Source: a virus
Reading direction: 5' to 3' (one strand)
Length of the DNA: 64,000 nt
Virus genome (UHGV): UHGV-1484817
Under the pieces are notes generated by a model. That model did not search any database. It was given only the letters and a program-made list of their open reading frames with translations, and was not told the DNA's origin. Of this stretch, positions 9,708 to 19,748 are shown piece after piece (position 1 is the first letter of the stretch; every line of letters starts with the position of its first letter). Position numbers and translations under genes: made by a program.

Positions 9708-10103
9708 TCACTTTCCTTTCCCATGAAGCATAGCCGCGCGGCAGGCATTCCAGCCTCTCACCTCTGCAATAGCGGCAACAGCATCAACCGCGTACATGCT
9801 AAGAGGATTAGGCATTGGTTTTTCTTCCGGTACTACTGGCGCTGGAGGGGCGGCGTAAATACCCTCTATCACTAAATGTTTGCGCTCAAAATCATCTGGC
9901 TCTCGATGATATACGTAACTCCAATCACCAAGGTTATCATTGCGCCTGCAACGGAAACCTATCGGCTCGACTTCCAGCGCTGCCAGAGCAATTCGTGCCA
10001 GTTCTTCCGCTTCTTCTGCTGGCAGTACAACGTTGCTACCAGGTCCGTATGTTTCGCGCCACTGCTTGATTGTCAGCAGTCGCTCTTTGGTTATAGTGGT
10101 CAT
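9708..10103 (-). CDS. Hypothetical protein, MTTIT paralogue family (131 aa)
   Basis: MTTITKERLLTI..., EEAEELARIALAALEVEP, YAAPPAPVVPEE; paralogue of 8193-9275. Confidence 0.55.
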   Translation of the reverse strand: MTTITKERLLTIKQWRETYGPGSNVVLPAEEAEELARIALAALEVEPIGFRCRRNDNLGDWSYVYHREPDDFERKHLVIEGIYAAPPAPVVPEEKPMPNPLSMYAVDAVAAIAEVRGWNACRAAMLHGKGK

Positions 10104-10309
10104 TTGTTAATCCTCAAAACTTTATGCCCGGGCGCAAAAGCACGCGTTTTGTCTTTGCTTATTCGCCAGCCATCCTTGCGCGCCTCTTTTGCACAGCCAG
10201 CCCATGACGTACCGATATACTCACCGAAGTCTGGCACTGGATATACACCTTCCGTACACTGGCGGCAGTCACAATAGAGATGCATTGTGTAACTTGCGGC
10301 AATAGCCAT
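10100..10309 (-). CDS. Small Cys-rich hypothetical protein
   Basis: 69-aa ORF tightly packed between neighbours (4-nt overlap). Confidence 0.4.
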   Translation of the reverse strand: MAIAASYTMHLYCDCRQCTEGVYPVPDFGEYIGTSWAGCAKEARKDGWRISKDKTRAFAPGHKVLRINK

Positions 10310-10310
10310 A

Positions 10311-10775
10311 TCACCCTCCTTTACCCTGAAGCATGGCGTCGCTCCGCTCTATACTATCCAGCGCGATTCGCAGTGCCTGAATTGTGGTAGTGCTATCGTT
10401 TGGGGCTATTCCATATCGCTCGAATACAGCTAAATGGTTGCGCATAATCTCAGGCGTAAGCTCTTTGTAAGCATAAGCAAGAGGCTCTGATGCATTATCC
10501 GGCACAACCGACGCAGGCGCGGCAGCATAAACAGGAATAACGTCCGCTTGCTCTTTATTGCTTTCATCCGTTAAAGCCCAGAATAATTTCCCGGCCGGAT
10601 GTTTGAAAATATAAGCAACTGGTTCTGCACTATCAGCTTCGCGCCGCTTCTGTAGCTCTGCTGCCATTGCTCTCACGACTTCAACTGGTGCCCTTGCAGC
10701 AAACTCTATGTTGGTGATCAGCTCATTAAGATATTGCTCGCTGGGATACTGTTTCTTATTGGTAATAGTGATCAT
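10311..10775 (-). CDS. Hypothetical protein, MTTIT paralogue family (154 aa)
   Basis: MITITNKK..., YAAAPASVVPD, C-terminal AMLQGKGG resembling AMLHGKGK of 9708-10103. Confidence 0.55.
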   Translation of the reverse strand: MITITNKKQYPSEQYLNELITNIEFAARAPVEVVRAMAAELQKRREADSAEPVAYIFKHPAGKLFWALTDESNKEQADVIPVYAAAPASVVPDNASEPLAYAYKELTPEIMRNHLAVFERYGIAPNDSTTTIQALRIALDSIERSDAMLQGKGG

Positions 10776-11287
10776 GCCGCGTTTCCTTCTTTCTTATTAA
10801 CAATTACACCGTCATATATTTCATTAAGGTGCCCTCTCAACTCCATGCGCCTTAATGCAGATAACATGTAATCGCATTCAACCTGCTTATTTCCAGTAAA
10901 TGGCTTATCGTCAGGATTACCCCAACAGCAATTACCCTTGGGCCACCCATGTACTTTCCGTACTCTTCCGTTAACAACGTGAAGTAATCCCCAGCCAGGT
11001 GGTAAATCCTCAATTGAAATAATTCCCGGCTCACTAATAAAGAATCGCCAGTCGCCCATTCCAAGAGACGGATTTTTACGGAAACGCTTTTTTCTATCTG
11101 CCAACAAGTCAGCACGAGAACACTTCGCCTCTATCAAGCATGATGCTGAACTTCTGAATCCCATAGCATCTGGCTGTTCTCCGGTGCTGGTTACAGCTAT
11201 AAAGCGGTCATGAAAGCAAACCTTGAACCCGTTGCGCTTAAGGAACTTGTACGCAATCTGACAGAGTTCGCGGTGTGTTAACGCCAT
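10772..11287 (-). CDS. Putative PD-(D/E)xK-type nuclease-like protein
   Basis: ORF trimmed to MALTHREL...; contains D...IEAK-like motif; assignment tentative. Confidence 0.45.
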   Translation of the reverse strand: MALTHRELCQIAYKFLKRNGFKVCFHDRFIAVTSTGEQPDAMGFRSSASCLIEAKCSRADLLADRKKRFRKNPSLGMGDWRFFISEPGIISIEDLPPGWGLLHVVNGRVRKVHGWPKGNCCWGNPDDKPFTGNKQVECDYMLSALRRMELRGHLNEIYDGVIVNKKEGNAA

Positions 11288-11655
11288 CTCACTCTCCTTT
11301 AGTGCGCAGATAACAGTGGTTTTTCCAGCGGTTTTGCGCCGCGCTGGGCTTTTTGCAAAAACCACAATCCATCATCCCGTAATATTTCATCAACCCCATC
11401 CGTCGGTTGCTGAGTCTCACCCACTGCCAGACGCCAGGAGCGTTTCTACGAACTAACAGAATCTTTGCTTTACGGTTTTTCATCGCTTTGCTCTCCTGCG
11501 TCTCTTTGCTGCTCGTCGTGCCGCTGCAATACCGGTATGGCGGCGCTTTGGTGCCGGGATGATGTTGTCAGCCATCAGGACATGTGGCTTTGCAATTAGC
11601 GCAGAAGCCCAAAAACGAGTCGGGTACGGTAACAAGCCGATACATGCCACACGCA

Positions 11656-12408
11656 TTACTCACCTCCTTTGATGCGAATGCCTGCGGCGCGGATTGCAGC
11701 GATGACTTCAGAAACTTTGTATGCCATTACCGTTTGGTAATCATCGTGAAAATCTGTTCGATGAAGCATGCTGCTACGTTCCGGGAGCGATATTTCCCGA
11801 GCATCCAGTTCCTTAACGCGTTCCTCCAGTTCGTAGACCCTGCATTGTTCTCTATCATCAATCAGATATAACCCAAGACATTCGCTTTCTACCCAACCGC
11901 CAAAATCATGATCGTAACGCTCACATGAAAACTCACCGTCACCGTCCTTTGTTGGAATGGTGTAACTATCTAATGGGCCACCATATGTCGGCACATTTCC
12001 CAATGTTGGATGCTCAATCCACATGAAAAATGCACGTCCGGTTATTGGGCAAATATCTGGCCGCCATTGGTTACGAACAGCCTTGGTTTCGGATAATTCT
12101 TCAGCGTGTTGTTTTACTTCCTCAAGCTCAACTCTCAGCTTCCCTACCGTTAGCGCAATATCCTCGTTCTCCTGATCGCGGCGTTTTATGTATTGCTGGT
12201 TTCTTTCCCGTTCATCCAGCAGCGCCAGCACGGTTTCTGGTCCGGTCAGAAATTTGAAGGCGTTGAGCGCATCAATATCCACACCGTAATCTTTAAGTTC
12301 CTGTTCACTTAACAAATCATCATCAGCTGGCAACATTAACAGGCGTTCCATTGCTGGAATTGCACGTTCCGCCGCCTCACGCAGTGCCTGGTAATTAATT
12401 TCGCTCAC
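11656..12408 (-). CDS. Ead/Ea22-like family protein (250 aa)
   Basis: N-terminal INYQALREAAERA motif typical of Ead/Ea22-like prophage proteins; paralogue of the next gene. Confidence 0.6.
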   Translation of the reverse strand: MSEINYQALREAAERAIPAMERLLMLPADDDLLSEQELKDYGVDIDALNAFKFLTGPETVLALLDERERNQQYIKRRDQENEDIALTVGKLRVELEEVKQHAEELSETKAVRNQWRPDICPITGRAFFMWIEHPTLGNVPTYGGPLDSYTIPTKDGDGEFSCERYDHDFGGWVESECLGLYLIDDREQCRVYELEERVKELDAREISLPERSSMLHRTDFHDDYQTVMAYKVSEVIAAIRAAGIRIKGGE

Positions 12409-13070
12409 TGGTTGCCTCCTTTGCGAAGCTGGGCAGCAAAGTCAACTAACCACTCAGTCATTTCAACCTTCCCTACCAGGTCTGAACCAGGGTGCATACA
12501 GCAATCACTCTGCGCCGCTTTGAAATCCTTATACTCATATTCTTGGGCCACCAGATTTTTTGCAGCTTCTATAGCAGCATCCACCCCCTGCGCCCGCACT
12601 TCAGACAGGAAAGCATCGGTAGCTGGAGTTTCGCTGTGGTGCAGGGCATCGTTGATAATCATTGCAGCAACTCCGGCCTGCCCTGCATCCGTGACCGACA
12701 CATGCTCAAGAGTTACGGCCATTGCGTGTTTCAGCCCAGCGTTCTCCGCCACCAGCGCCGCGAGATTAGTCTCAAGCTCTGCAATTCGACACATAGCATC
12801 AATATTTGTGTCCTCCAGGCGCTTAATTTCATCCAGTAGAGCCAGCACAACTTTGGGTGGGATAGCCGCGATATAACGGGCATTGGCACCAGCGTTTCTC
12901 TGTCCATCAATGCCAGGCCAGTCAATAAAGTATCCGCAATGCCTACCCTCAGACGTATGCGCAGGATAAGTGCCGTTTTGCCCCGGCAAAATATATGCTA
13001 CCCATTCATCTTGCGTTGCCTGTTCCGCCGCCTCGCGCAGTACCTGATAGTCAATTGTCATTCTCGCCAT
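12405..13070 (-). CDS. Ead/Ea22-like family protein (221 aa)
   Basis: N-terminal IDYQVLREAAEQA motif; 4-nt overlap with its paralogue. Confidence 0.6.
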   Translation of the reverse strand: MARMTIDYQVLREAAEQATQDEWVAYILPGQNGTYPAHTSEGRHCGYFIDWPGIDGQRNAGANARYIAAIPPKVVLALLDEIKRLEDTNIDAMCRIAELETNLAALVAENAGLKHAMAVTLEHVSVTDAGQAGVAAMIINDALHHSETPATDAFLSEVRAQGVDAAIEAAKNLVAQEYEYKDFKAAQSDCCMHPGSDLVGKVEMTEWLVDFAAQLRKGGNQ

Positions 13071-13702
13071 CCTTCACAGTTGTAATCACTACAGCCTTCA
13101 AAATCATATGGGCTGTACTGCCAGGTGATTTTTCCGCAATGCGGACAATTCCAACGCACCTTCCCGCTTCGCGACTTCTTTCTTCTGTTCTGCTCTTTCA
13201 ACCAGTCAGGCATGACCAAACCTGCGCCCTGAACCATTGTTCTGCGGTTAAAGTTATTGATATTGAACGTCCGGCGCTTTGCTGCATCAGCAATGGAAAA
13301 TGGCAACCAAACTATTCCTGGTTCGTTTTTGTTGGCGACGCTAAAGATGGTCGCTTTACTGAAGTCATCTGTTGGCAATCCACCGTGTTGAAGCCAGTAA
13401 ACATCGTTGCCGTTCCAGCTACCTTTTTTGTAGGCCACATACGCAGTGCAATCTGACTCAATCAGGCTTTCTGTAGGGATGTACTGGCAATCAACGTGCC
13501 ACACAGCCATTGCATCCACACTATCGGCACAAACAGGCTGATCGATATCTCGCCCACAACTCCAGGCTTTTTGGGCTTCTTCCAGCGTGTAAACATGAGC
13601 GCGATCGATATCAGAACTGTAACCATTGCCGTTATGGCAATGGAATGAGGCGTTATTACCCACAGTTTCACGCAAGCACATCATGTAAAAGCGGTTATTC
13701 AC
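13058..13702 (-). CDS. Cys-rich hypothetical protein
   Basis: 214-aa ORF with many Cys/His and a C-terminal CPHCG ... CEGW cluster. Confidence 0.5.
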   Translation of the reverse strand: MNNRFYMMCLRETVGNNASFHCHNGNGYSSDIDRAHVYTLEEAQKAWSCGRDIDQPVCADSVDAMAVWHVDCQYIPTESLIESDCTAYVAYKKGSWNGNDVYWLQHGGLPTDDFSKATIFSVANKNEPGIVWLPFSIADAAKRRTFNINNFNRRTMVQGAGLVMPDWLKEQNRRKKSRSGKVRWNCPHCGKITWQYSPYDFEGCSDYNCEGWRE

Positions 13703-13979
13703 TGGTTGCCTCCGCTTCCCACGTTTTCAGACTTTCACCACAGAACGGGCAAAATGAAACTCGAATAGGCGATTTAGAAAATTCACCAGACCGCAGCATG
13801 ATCAGGTCTTGTGAATGAATTAATTCATGGTTATAGATTTTGTATTTCAGCAGACCTTTTCGCGTCGTGTATTCAGCGTCATGCTCCAGGGATTGTGCCA
13901 ACGCCGCGCACGGTTCTATCTTGTTGCCATTAATTTGGCATTTTGACTCACTCACTGGTTGCCCCCTGAATACGCTCAA
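13695..13979 (-). CDS. Small zinc-ribbon-like hypothetical protein
   Basis: 94-aa ORF with C-terminal CPFCG motif. Confidence 0.4.
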   Translation of the reverse strand: MSVFRGQPVSESKCQINGNKIEPCAALAQSLEHDAEYTTRKGLLKYKIYNHELIHSQDLIMLRSGEFSKSPIRVSFCPFCGESLKTWEAEATSE

Positions 13980-14688
13980 ACTCGATTACCCACACCCAGG
14001 GATTAGCGTTCCAGCTTTCTTCACCATAGATGGATTCCCACAGGCGCTGGAACGCAACCTTGGCCATTGCGAAATCTCCCTTGGGAGTTAGGAATGTTCC
14101 CGGGTGATCAGGAAGCAAACTTCCAGCAGGCTGAACGCCCTCATCCCTTGCATCGCATTCGCTGATATCGTTCAACCGCTCAACGCGCACGTTGGTAATT
14201 TCCAACAGAATGCGTGATGCCCATCGCGGCATGTGAATTGATGGACGCCACCCACCATCAAACTTTTCATTCACAGTGTGAGGTTTCCAGTCGGCATCAT
14301 CGGGTATCGACCATAAACCGTAATCACCAGGCTTTTGCTCACAACTGGCCCGATAAATCCTTGCTGCGTTCTTCTCATCGCCACGACAAAGGTTGTCGTT
14401 CCAGTCCACACTGCAACCATCTTCATTGCCTAATATCGCCCATGTTTCACGAACCCAAATTCGATCGCCGACGATACCAAAGGGGCAATTGAAAACACTG
14501 CTTACACCATCAGCCCCGTACCACTGAAAACCTGCACCAATTTTTCTAACCATCACTGGTGCTTCTGGACCAACTTCCGCAGGCTGATTTTTCATTATCC
14601 GCCGCGTCTGCGTTTTCCTTCCTTCGAGGATGGCCCGGACCATCTCATCGTTGAAAATCATGCCGCGCTCTTTCACTTCGCCTTTCAT
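13948..14688 (-). CDS. ASCH-domain-like prophage protein
   Basis: MIFNDEMVRAILEGRKTQTRR motif common to a widespread prophage protein family; start may be the internal MIFND. Confidence 0.6.
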   Translation of the reverse strand: MKGEVKERGMIFNDEMVRAILEGRKTQTRRIMKNQPAEVGPEAPVMVRKIGAGFQWYGADGVSSVFNCPFGIVGDRIWVRETWAILGNEDGCSVDWNDNLCRGDEKNAARIYRASCEQKPGDYGLWSIPDDADWKPHTVNEKFDGGWRPSIHMPRWASRILLEITNVRVERLNDISECDARDEGVQPAGSLLPDHPGTFLTPKGDFAMAKVAFQRLWESIYGEESWNANPWVWVIEFERIQGATSE

Positions 14689-14866
14689 GCATCCCCCTTA
14701 CCCATGCGCGACGATGCCGCCAAAAGTGATAGAGAACAGCCAGAAATAGATCGCGGCCATAATGATTTTGAATGCCGTGTTCATATTTTCAGCTCCTGTG
14801 ATTGATTGGATACATGCCGCGCCTTGCGGCATGTTTTTATTTTCACTTTCTCTGTTTTAAAAATCA

Positions 14867-14882
14867 AGATTTATTAGAGCAA
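14867..14882. promoter_or_regulatory. C1-type operator
   Basis: GATTTATTAGAGCAAT, reverse-orientation match to the operator consensus, upstream of the minus-strand block starting at 14688. Confidence 0.55.
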
Positions 14883-15389
14883 TTATTGTTGATGAAGAAG
14901 CGCATTTTCATATTCCCTGACCATTAACGTAAGTACGCCGTGACTCCTGAAAACACGCGCCACTTCAATCTTATCTTCCAGCGCGAACGCAATTTTACTT
15001 AGACCAATTTTCTTCAGGAGATCAATCTTTGCAGGGCCGTCATTTCTGTCATCGGTGGCAGGACGCATAGATAGCAAAGGCTCAGCCCCATTTGTTACGT
15101 GCTTACGCAACCAAGCTCGTGTTTTATCCCTGGCTATCTCACAGCGCCCGGTTACAAACCAGAGCGTGTAAATGCTGGACAACTGGCGCACCATATCAAT
15201 AACTGGAGTGATGGGAGCATCAGTGTCACAGGCAAGGTTAAACTCGTTCCAGTGCTCTGTTAATGCACCTTTGCCAGGTGGTGGAAGTAAATGCAGCCTG
15301 TCTTCCGTTGCCTCTGATATCGTCCCATCAATATCTACTATGACGATGTACGGACGTTCCTGGTGTGCGTGTTTATTGAAAATACTCAA
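14883..15389 (-). CDS. HAD-superfamily phosphatase-like protein
   Basis: 168-aa ORF with IVDIDGTI (DxDGT) motif near the N-terminus. Confidence 0.6.
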   Translation of the reverse strand: MSIFNKHAHQERPYIVIVDIDGTISEATEDRLHLLPPPGKGALTEHWNEFNLACDTDAPITPVIDMVRQLSSIYTLWFVTGRCEIARDKTRAWLRKHVTNGAEPLLSMRPATDDRNDGPAKIDLLKKIGLSKIAFALEDKIEVARVFRSHGVLTLMVREYENALLHQQ

Positions 15390-15461
15390 ATGCCCTCCTC
15401 ATTGGACGAAAAAAATGCTGGTGGGCGCACTCCACCAGCATTAAAAGTGACACTGTAACTA

Positions 15462-16724
15462 TCAGCGAACGTAAATAGTGCCGCCGTTCTCTTTTTCCCA
15501 TGCATCGCTACGTGCATAGCAAACATCGAGAAGTCTTCTTGCCGCAGTTTCCTCTAAACCCAATTCGACAACCAACTGCTCATGACGGCGGGTAACCACA
15601 TCAAACAGGGTATGCAGCCCTTTAGTTGCCAGATCATCAATGAATTCCGGTTCGAACGGCAGCTCTGCCTCTGCCAACATAACCTCTTGCGCCCACTCAA
15701 CTCGACGGACCAGTTCCGGGCGGCGGCTTTCCATCTCTTTACAGATCAATTCATGGAAGAACTCTACCCAACCTTCCGGCTGGAACTCGCGGAAAATGGC
15801 CAACGGCTGGAAGTTTGGCATCAACCATTCGTTGATCCGGATATCAATGGCATAGCCCATGTCGCAGCAGAACTGATAAGCAAAGTCCAGCTTAGAAACG
15901 ATATAAGGACGCTCGTTATTGAACTCTTTAGGCGATGAGATCCCATAAGCCAGGAGGCGCGGGAAGAAGGAGATTTGCCCTAACGTCGGATGAAGTTTTC
16001 TTGCAGGGAAACGGCGCTCAGTAATGCCATACATTTCCTTCTTGAGCGTCGCAAATTTGGCATTCTCATTAACCAGCGCGGTAACCTCTGCTTTTTTATT
16101 AGCAAATGCCACGCGCGCTTCGCTTGCATCTTTAATAGTTTTTTTGAGCTGTTGGTTAAGGTCGGCGACCTGCTTACGCAGTTCCTGTCGCTCGCTTTTA
16201 GCTTTGTTATAGCGTTTCTCAAGGTTAAAAGGATCAAGTTTCATGATCTCTTTATATTGAGATTTTAGCGTTGAAATCTGTGAGTTCCGCAGTTCAACCA
16301 TCGCGGTCATTTCATTGAGCTTTGTTTCCAGCTCAATGCTTATACGTTCGGCATTATCAGCACGCTGGTTGGCGTCATGCGTCGCATCGTCGATCGCGTC
16401 CTGTTGCTGGCGTTTCAAATGTTCAATTTGCAGCTGAAGCTCTTCAATTTCTTTACCCTTCAGACCGAGATCCAACTGCATATTTTCAGCTGCATCTACC
16501 AGGGAGTTATGGCTATCAGCTTCTGCGTTATAAACATCAATAAGCTGTGCGTGAAGCATCTCCGCTGACTGAACCGCATTATCAAAAAAACGCGCTGTGA
16601 GGTCATCACAAATAACGCGGCGTTGCGCGGCCCGGATGTTCTGGATAATGGCCGGGATACCGGCATTCAGGACGTCAGGGATAGATACATTTTCGATTGA
16701 TTGGTTTTGTGCTGAAGTGCTCAT
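15462..16724 (-). CDS. Coiled-coil hypothetical protein (420 aa)
   Basis: Long heptad-rich central region (residues about 90-220), globular C-terminus; no recognisable catalytic motif. Confidence 0.55.
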   Translation of the reverse strand: MSTSAQNQSIENVSIPDVLNAGIPAIIQNIRAAQRRVICDDLTARFFDNAVQSAEMLHAQLIDVYNAEADSHNSLVDAAENMQLDLGLKGKEIEELQLQIEHLKRQQQDAIDDATHDANQRADNAERISIELETKLNEMTAMVELRNSQISTLKSQYKEIMKLDPFNLEKRYNKAKSERQELRKQVADLNQQLKKTIKDASEARVAFANKKAEVTALVNENAKFATLKKEMYGITERRFPARKLHPTLGQISFFPRLLAYGISSPKEFNNERPYIVSKLDFAYQFCCDMGYAIDIRINEWLMPNFQPLAIFREFQPEGWVEFFHELICKEMESRRPELVRRVEWAQEVMLAEAELPFEPEFIDDLATKGLHTLFDVVTRRHEQLVVELGLEETAARRLLDVCYARSDAWEKENGGTIYVR

Positions 16725-16725
16725 T

Positions 16726-16944
16726 TCAAAGTTCCGTATTAGCTTGTGCTTCGGTCATTTTTCCTAAGTATGAAGGAGGAAGGACTACGCAATTTGTATC
16801 CAGTCCCTCACCTATGGCAGCCTGTAAAATTCTGGCTAAGGTGAGTCTCTTGTTGCGATACCTGGTGATGACATGCCTGATACCGCCGGTCGGCGTAACA
16901 AAGGCGATCAGCCAGTAGTGATATTTCCGTCGGAATGGCCACAT
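16726..16944 (-). CDS. Small basic hypothetical protein downstream of a double C1 operator
   Basis: ORF 16726-16995 trimmed to MWPFRRKYHY... because the longer form would contain the operator at 16958-16974. Confidence 0.4.
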   Translation of the reverse strand: MWPFRRKYHYWLIAFVTPTGGIRHVITRYRNKRLTLARILQAAIGEGLDTNCVVLPPSYLGKMTEAQANTEL

Positions 16945-16957
16945 AGTGCACCTTGTA

Positions 16958-16974
16958 GATTGCTCTAATAAAAA
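16958..16974. promoter_or_regulatory. C1-type operator (forward orientation)
   Basis: ATTGCTCTAATAAAAAA, 14/17 match to consensus. Confidence 0.5.
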
Positions 16975-17010
16975 AACGTGATGAGTGTACATCACGTTTT
17001 AAAAATATGG

Positions 17011-17027
17011 AATTATTAGAGCAATAT
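17011..17027. promoter_or_regulatory. C1-type operator (reverse orientation)
   Basis: AATTATTAGAGCAATAT; forms an inverted pair with the site at 16958-16974, about 53 bp apart. Confidence 0.5.
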
Positions 17028-17728
17028 TATTCTGATTCTTGCTCAAAAAATGAGCTGATAAGGGGAAGCCAATCCTCTGACACTTCGCGAGGTCGCGGTT
17101 TGCCGTGGAAAAAGATTATTCGGCAGTCTTTTGGTAATGCCCCATTCCCCCTGGAGTAACGCGCGCTCGCATATTTTGAACCAGGTTCCACAACATCGGC
17201 CTTGTAACTTACAAACCATCCTGGATACAGATCCTGAAATGCTGGTGTATCATCGCCCATAACCTTTCGTAAGAACCCCTGGTCACCCCAGCACTCAGTA
17301 GTGACACAACGAGAAATCCAACCTTCCGGATCTTGCCAGAATGAACTCCAGATATGCGCTTTAACACTATTTGGTATCCACAGGGCACCGCTGCCACGAT
17401 ATTGTGGATGGTAAAAATCCCTAAGCATGGTGAAGCTGGTTGGTGGATGCTCTAGGATTGGGCGTATATCACCGGCAATAACCGTGTCCAAATCCAGATA
17501 GAACAGATCATCGGTTATATCCGGTCGGAACAACTCTATTTTCGCCCACCAGCCACGGCACTTTTGCCACTGGTTGATCAATGGGACAACTTTGACGCCA
17601 GGTACATGTAAACGCTTCAGGTCTGTCAGGCAAATAATTTCATAGCCTTTTGGCAGTTGATTAACCAGCCACTGCACATCGGAAGCGTTATAGTCACCAC
17701 CAGAGCGAAAAACTAAAGCAATCTTCAT
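17027..17728 (-). CDS. Putative nucleotide-sugar glycosyltransferase-like protein
   Basis: 233-aa ORF with a DxD-like motif (YLDLDTVI); assignment tentative. Confidence 0.45.
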   Translation of the reverse strand: MKIALVFRSGGDYNASDVQWLVNQLPKGYEIICLTDLKRLHVPGVKVVPLINQWQKCRGWWAKIELFRPDITDDLFYLDLDTVIAGDIRPILEHPPTSFTMLRDFYHPQYRGSGALWIPNSVKAHIWSSFWQDPEGWISRCVTTECWGDQGFLRKVMGDDTPAFQDLYPGWFVSYKADVVEPGSKYASARYSRGNGALPKDCRIIFFHGKPRPREVSEDWLPLISSFFEQESE

Positions 17729-18417
17729 GCTGCACCATCACCTTTCACTTTCATCAATGTCAGGTTTCCGCAAAATACGGCACCAGTGTCGATATACTGC
17801 TGATTCCAGAATGTCTTCGGGCTTTTCACCGGAGTGTGACCAAAGATAAAACGATCTGCGCCCGAAATTTCGCCACCAATATCATCCATCGAATCACTGA
17901 TACGCTCGCGCGCCCAGACAACGTTGAAAAGCGGCACCTCCTTACCGAATTGGTATTCATTATCCGGATAGTCGGCATGGGCTATAACGATAGTTTCTTG
18001 CCCGGTGTTCAACTCAATGATATAGGGCAGACGCTTTACCAGCTCCACCAGCGCCCAGGCTAATATTTCCTGATCAGTGTCCAGCATGAAGAACCATTGT
18101 CCGCCATTCATTAGCCAGTTATTCACGTTGCCATCTGGACTTAACGCATCAATCATCAGCCGCTCATGGTTCCCCATCACTGCCCTGAACCAGGGCATCT
18201 GCAATAGTTCAAGACATTCGACATTTTCAGTACCGCGATCGATAAGGTCGCCGACCGATATCAGTAAATCCTGCGCCGGGTCAAAATCCACACGATGGAG
18301 TTCGGACATCACTCTGGTGTAGCAACCATGCAGATCACCAACAACCCAGACATTCCTGTATTTGGTACCGTCGATACGGTGATAAATTGTGGGTGCCATC
18401 ATGTATTCTTCAGCCAT
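17725..18417 (-). CDS. ppp: Ser/Thr protein phosphatase (lambda-phosphatase-like metallophosphoesterase)
   Basis: GDLHG and GNHE metallophosphatase motifs; 230 aa. Confidence 0.75.
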   Translation of the reverse strand: MAEEYMMAPTIYHRIDGTKYRNVWVVGDLHGCYTRVMSELHRVDFDPAQDLLISVGDLIDRGTENVECLELLQMPWFRAVMGNHERLMIDALSPDGNVNNWLMNGGQWFFMLDTDQEILAWALVELVKRLPYIIELNTGQETIVIAHADYPDNEYQFGKEVPLFNVVWARERISDSMDDIGGEISGADRFIFGHTPVKSPKTFWNQQYIDTGAVFCGNLTLMKVKGDGAA

Positions 18418-19025
18418 TCTTTAAGAGTCATCTGCGGAATACCTCCCATTTTCCCGCATGAAACAACGTCAATCCGTTCACGCGCAGACTGGAATAACAA
18501 AGGCAGGTGACTTAGATTTTTTGGCGTGCCGCCGGAGTGAACGCGTGGTTCTTGTGTAGCGTCAACGCCCACCAGGGCGACATGTTTGAATCCGATATGG
18601 AAAGCCAGGTTCAGAGCGCCATATGCACTATTGCCGCTGGCAATTTCATTCTCATCTTCGCAAAGTCCGAAATGTGCGGACCAGCGCCACGCCCACCACT
18701 CGGGAGAATTCGTATTTTTTGGCTCCATGCCACGTTCAGCCACACGACGGAAGCACAGAACGCCGTCTCTGACTTCACGTTCTTTAACATCGGGTAGTGC
18801 CATGCAATAACAAACACCACGGCGACGGCGGCCACGACCAACGCGCCGCATATTGTCTGGCGATGGATCAAGTGTGAAAAAATAAGAAGCGCGGTTCAGC
18901 CAGTCGATGGCCCCATTGACCGCTATAATCGGCACTCCGCGCGGCGCAACAAAGTTTGCGGCGCTTGGGCCACTGCCGACGATAATAACGCGATCACTGC
19001 CTCTAAATTTATTCTTGGGAAACAT
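18399..19025 (-). CDS. MptE/DUF115-like Rossmann-fold protein
   Basis: IVGSGPS...IIAVN...VGVD motifs; paralogue of the upstream gene. Confidence 0.5.
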   Translation of the reverse strand: MFPKNKFRGSDRVIIVGSGPSAANFVAPRGVPIIAVNGAIDWLNRASYFFTLDPSPDNMRRVGRGRRRRGVCYCMALPDVKEREVRDGVLCFRRVAERGMEPKNTNSPEWWAWRWSAHFGLCEDENEIASGNSAYGALNLAFHIGFKHVALVGVDATQEPRVHSGGTPKNLSHLPLLFQSARERIDVVSCGKMGGIPQMTLKEWLKNT

Positions 19026-19585
19026 TGAATTGCACTGCTCCTACTTGCATTCAAAATATGTAAATCTGCGTGTTTTTTGCGGGTATCCAGGAACTGCTGT
19101 TGCCATTTTGAAATAGAAACCTGCGTTGGATTCCGTAGGGCTTGAGGGTGCGCGCCATGCCAATGAAGGCCGTTTTGCAGAGAACAGTCATAGCCGACTA
19201 ATACCACTACTTCAGCCCCTGATTCAGCAGCCAGACTGATAGCCTGCGCGCCGCTATTTACCCCTTCCGCCGGTCCACAATATCGCCTGTACTCCAACGA
19301 AAATGATTTCGCCGCCGCCAGGTTGGCTGTCACTTTGCGGAATCTCCCTCCCGGTATGGTGGATCCGTATTGCTTCCACCATGACAAATCACCGGCGTAT
19401 AAGGCATAAATGTCATCGAACATCTGCCAGGAATTGTTAACCGCTATGATTGAACAGCCAGTTTTTTCTATAGCAGCACAGTCCTCACGAGTGAGTGACG
19501 GACCGCTACCGACACAAAAAACAGTCCTAGTCGCCCTGGGTGGTATGTTCATTCTCAGCTGCAAATTCAGCCTCCAGGCGAGCAT
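18923..19585 (-). CDS. MptE/DUF115-like Rossmann-fold protein (paralogue)
   Basis: CVGSGPS...IIAVN...VGYD motifs; its 3-prime end overlaps the downstream paralogue by about 100 nt. Confidence 0.5.
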   Translation of the reverse strand: MLAWRLNLQLRMNIPPRATRTVFCVGSGPSLTREDCAAIEKTGCSIIAVNNSWQMFDDIYALYAGDLSWWKQYGSTIPGGRFRKVTANLAAAKSFSLEYRRYCGPAEGVNSGAQAISLAAESGAEVVVLVGYDCSLQNGLHWHGAHPQALRNPTQVSISKWQQQFLDTRKKHADLHILNASRSSAIQCFPRINLEAVIALLSSAVAQAPQTLLRRAECRL

Positions 19586-19748
19586 TCATTTCAGCGATTA
19601 CAGGGTCCACTACAGCATCTGTTTCCTGTTCATTACGCGGCATGACCGATGCCAGCGACTCATAATTAACCTTGGATGACACGATTATTCTCCCGATGTT
19701 AAAGTGCGCTACCACAAAGAGCGTAAATGCACTAATTAATTTATTATT

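Noticed and set aside
12412-12876. Plus-strand ORFs of 154 and 115 aa overlapping the Ead/Ea22-like gene
   Set aside because: Antisense to a gene with a family-typical N-terminus; Ser/Ala-rich low-complexity translation typical of shadow frames.
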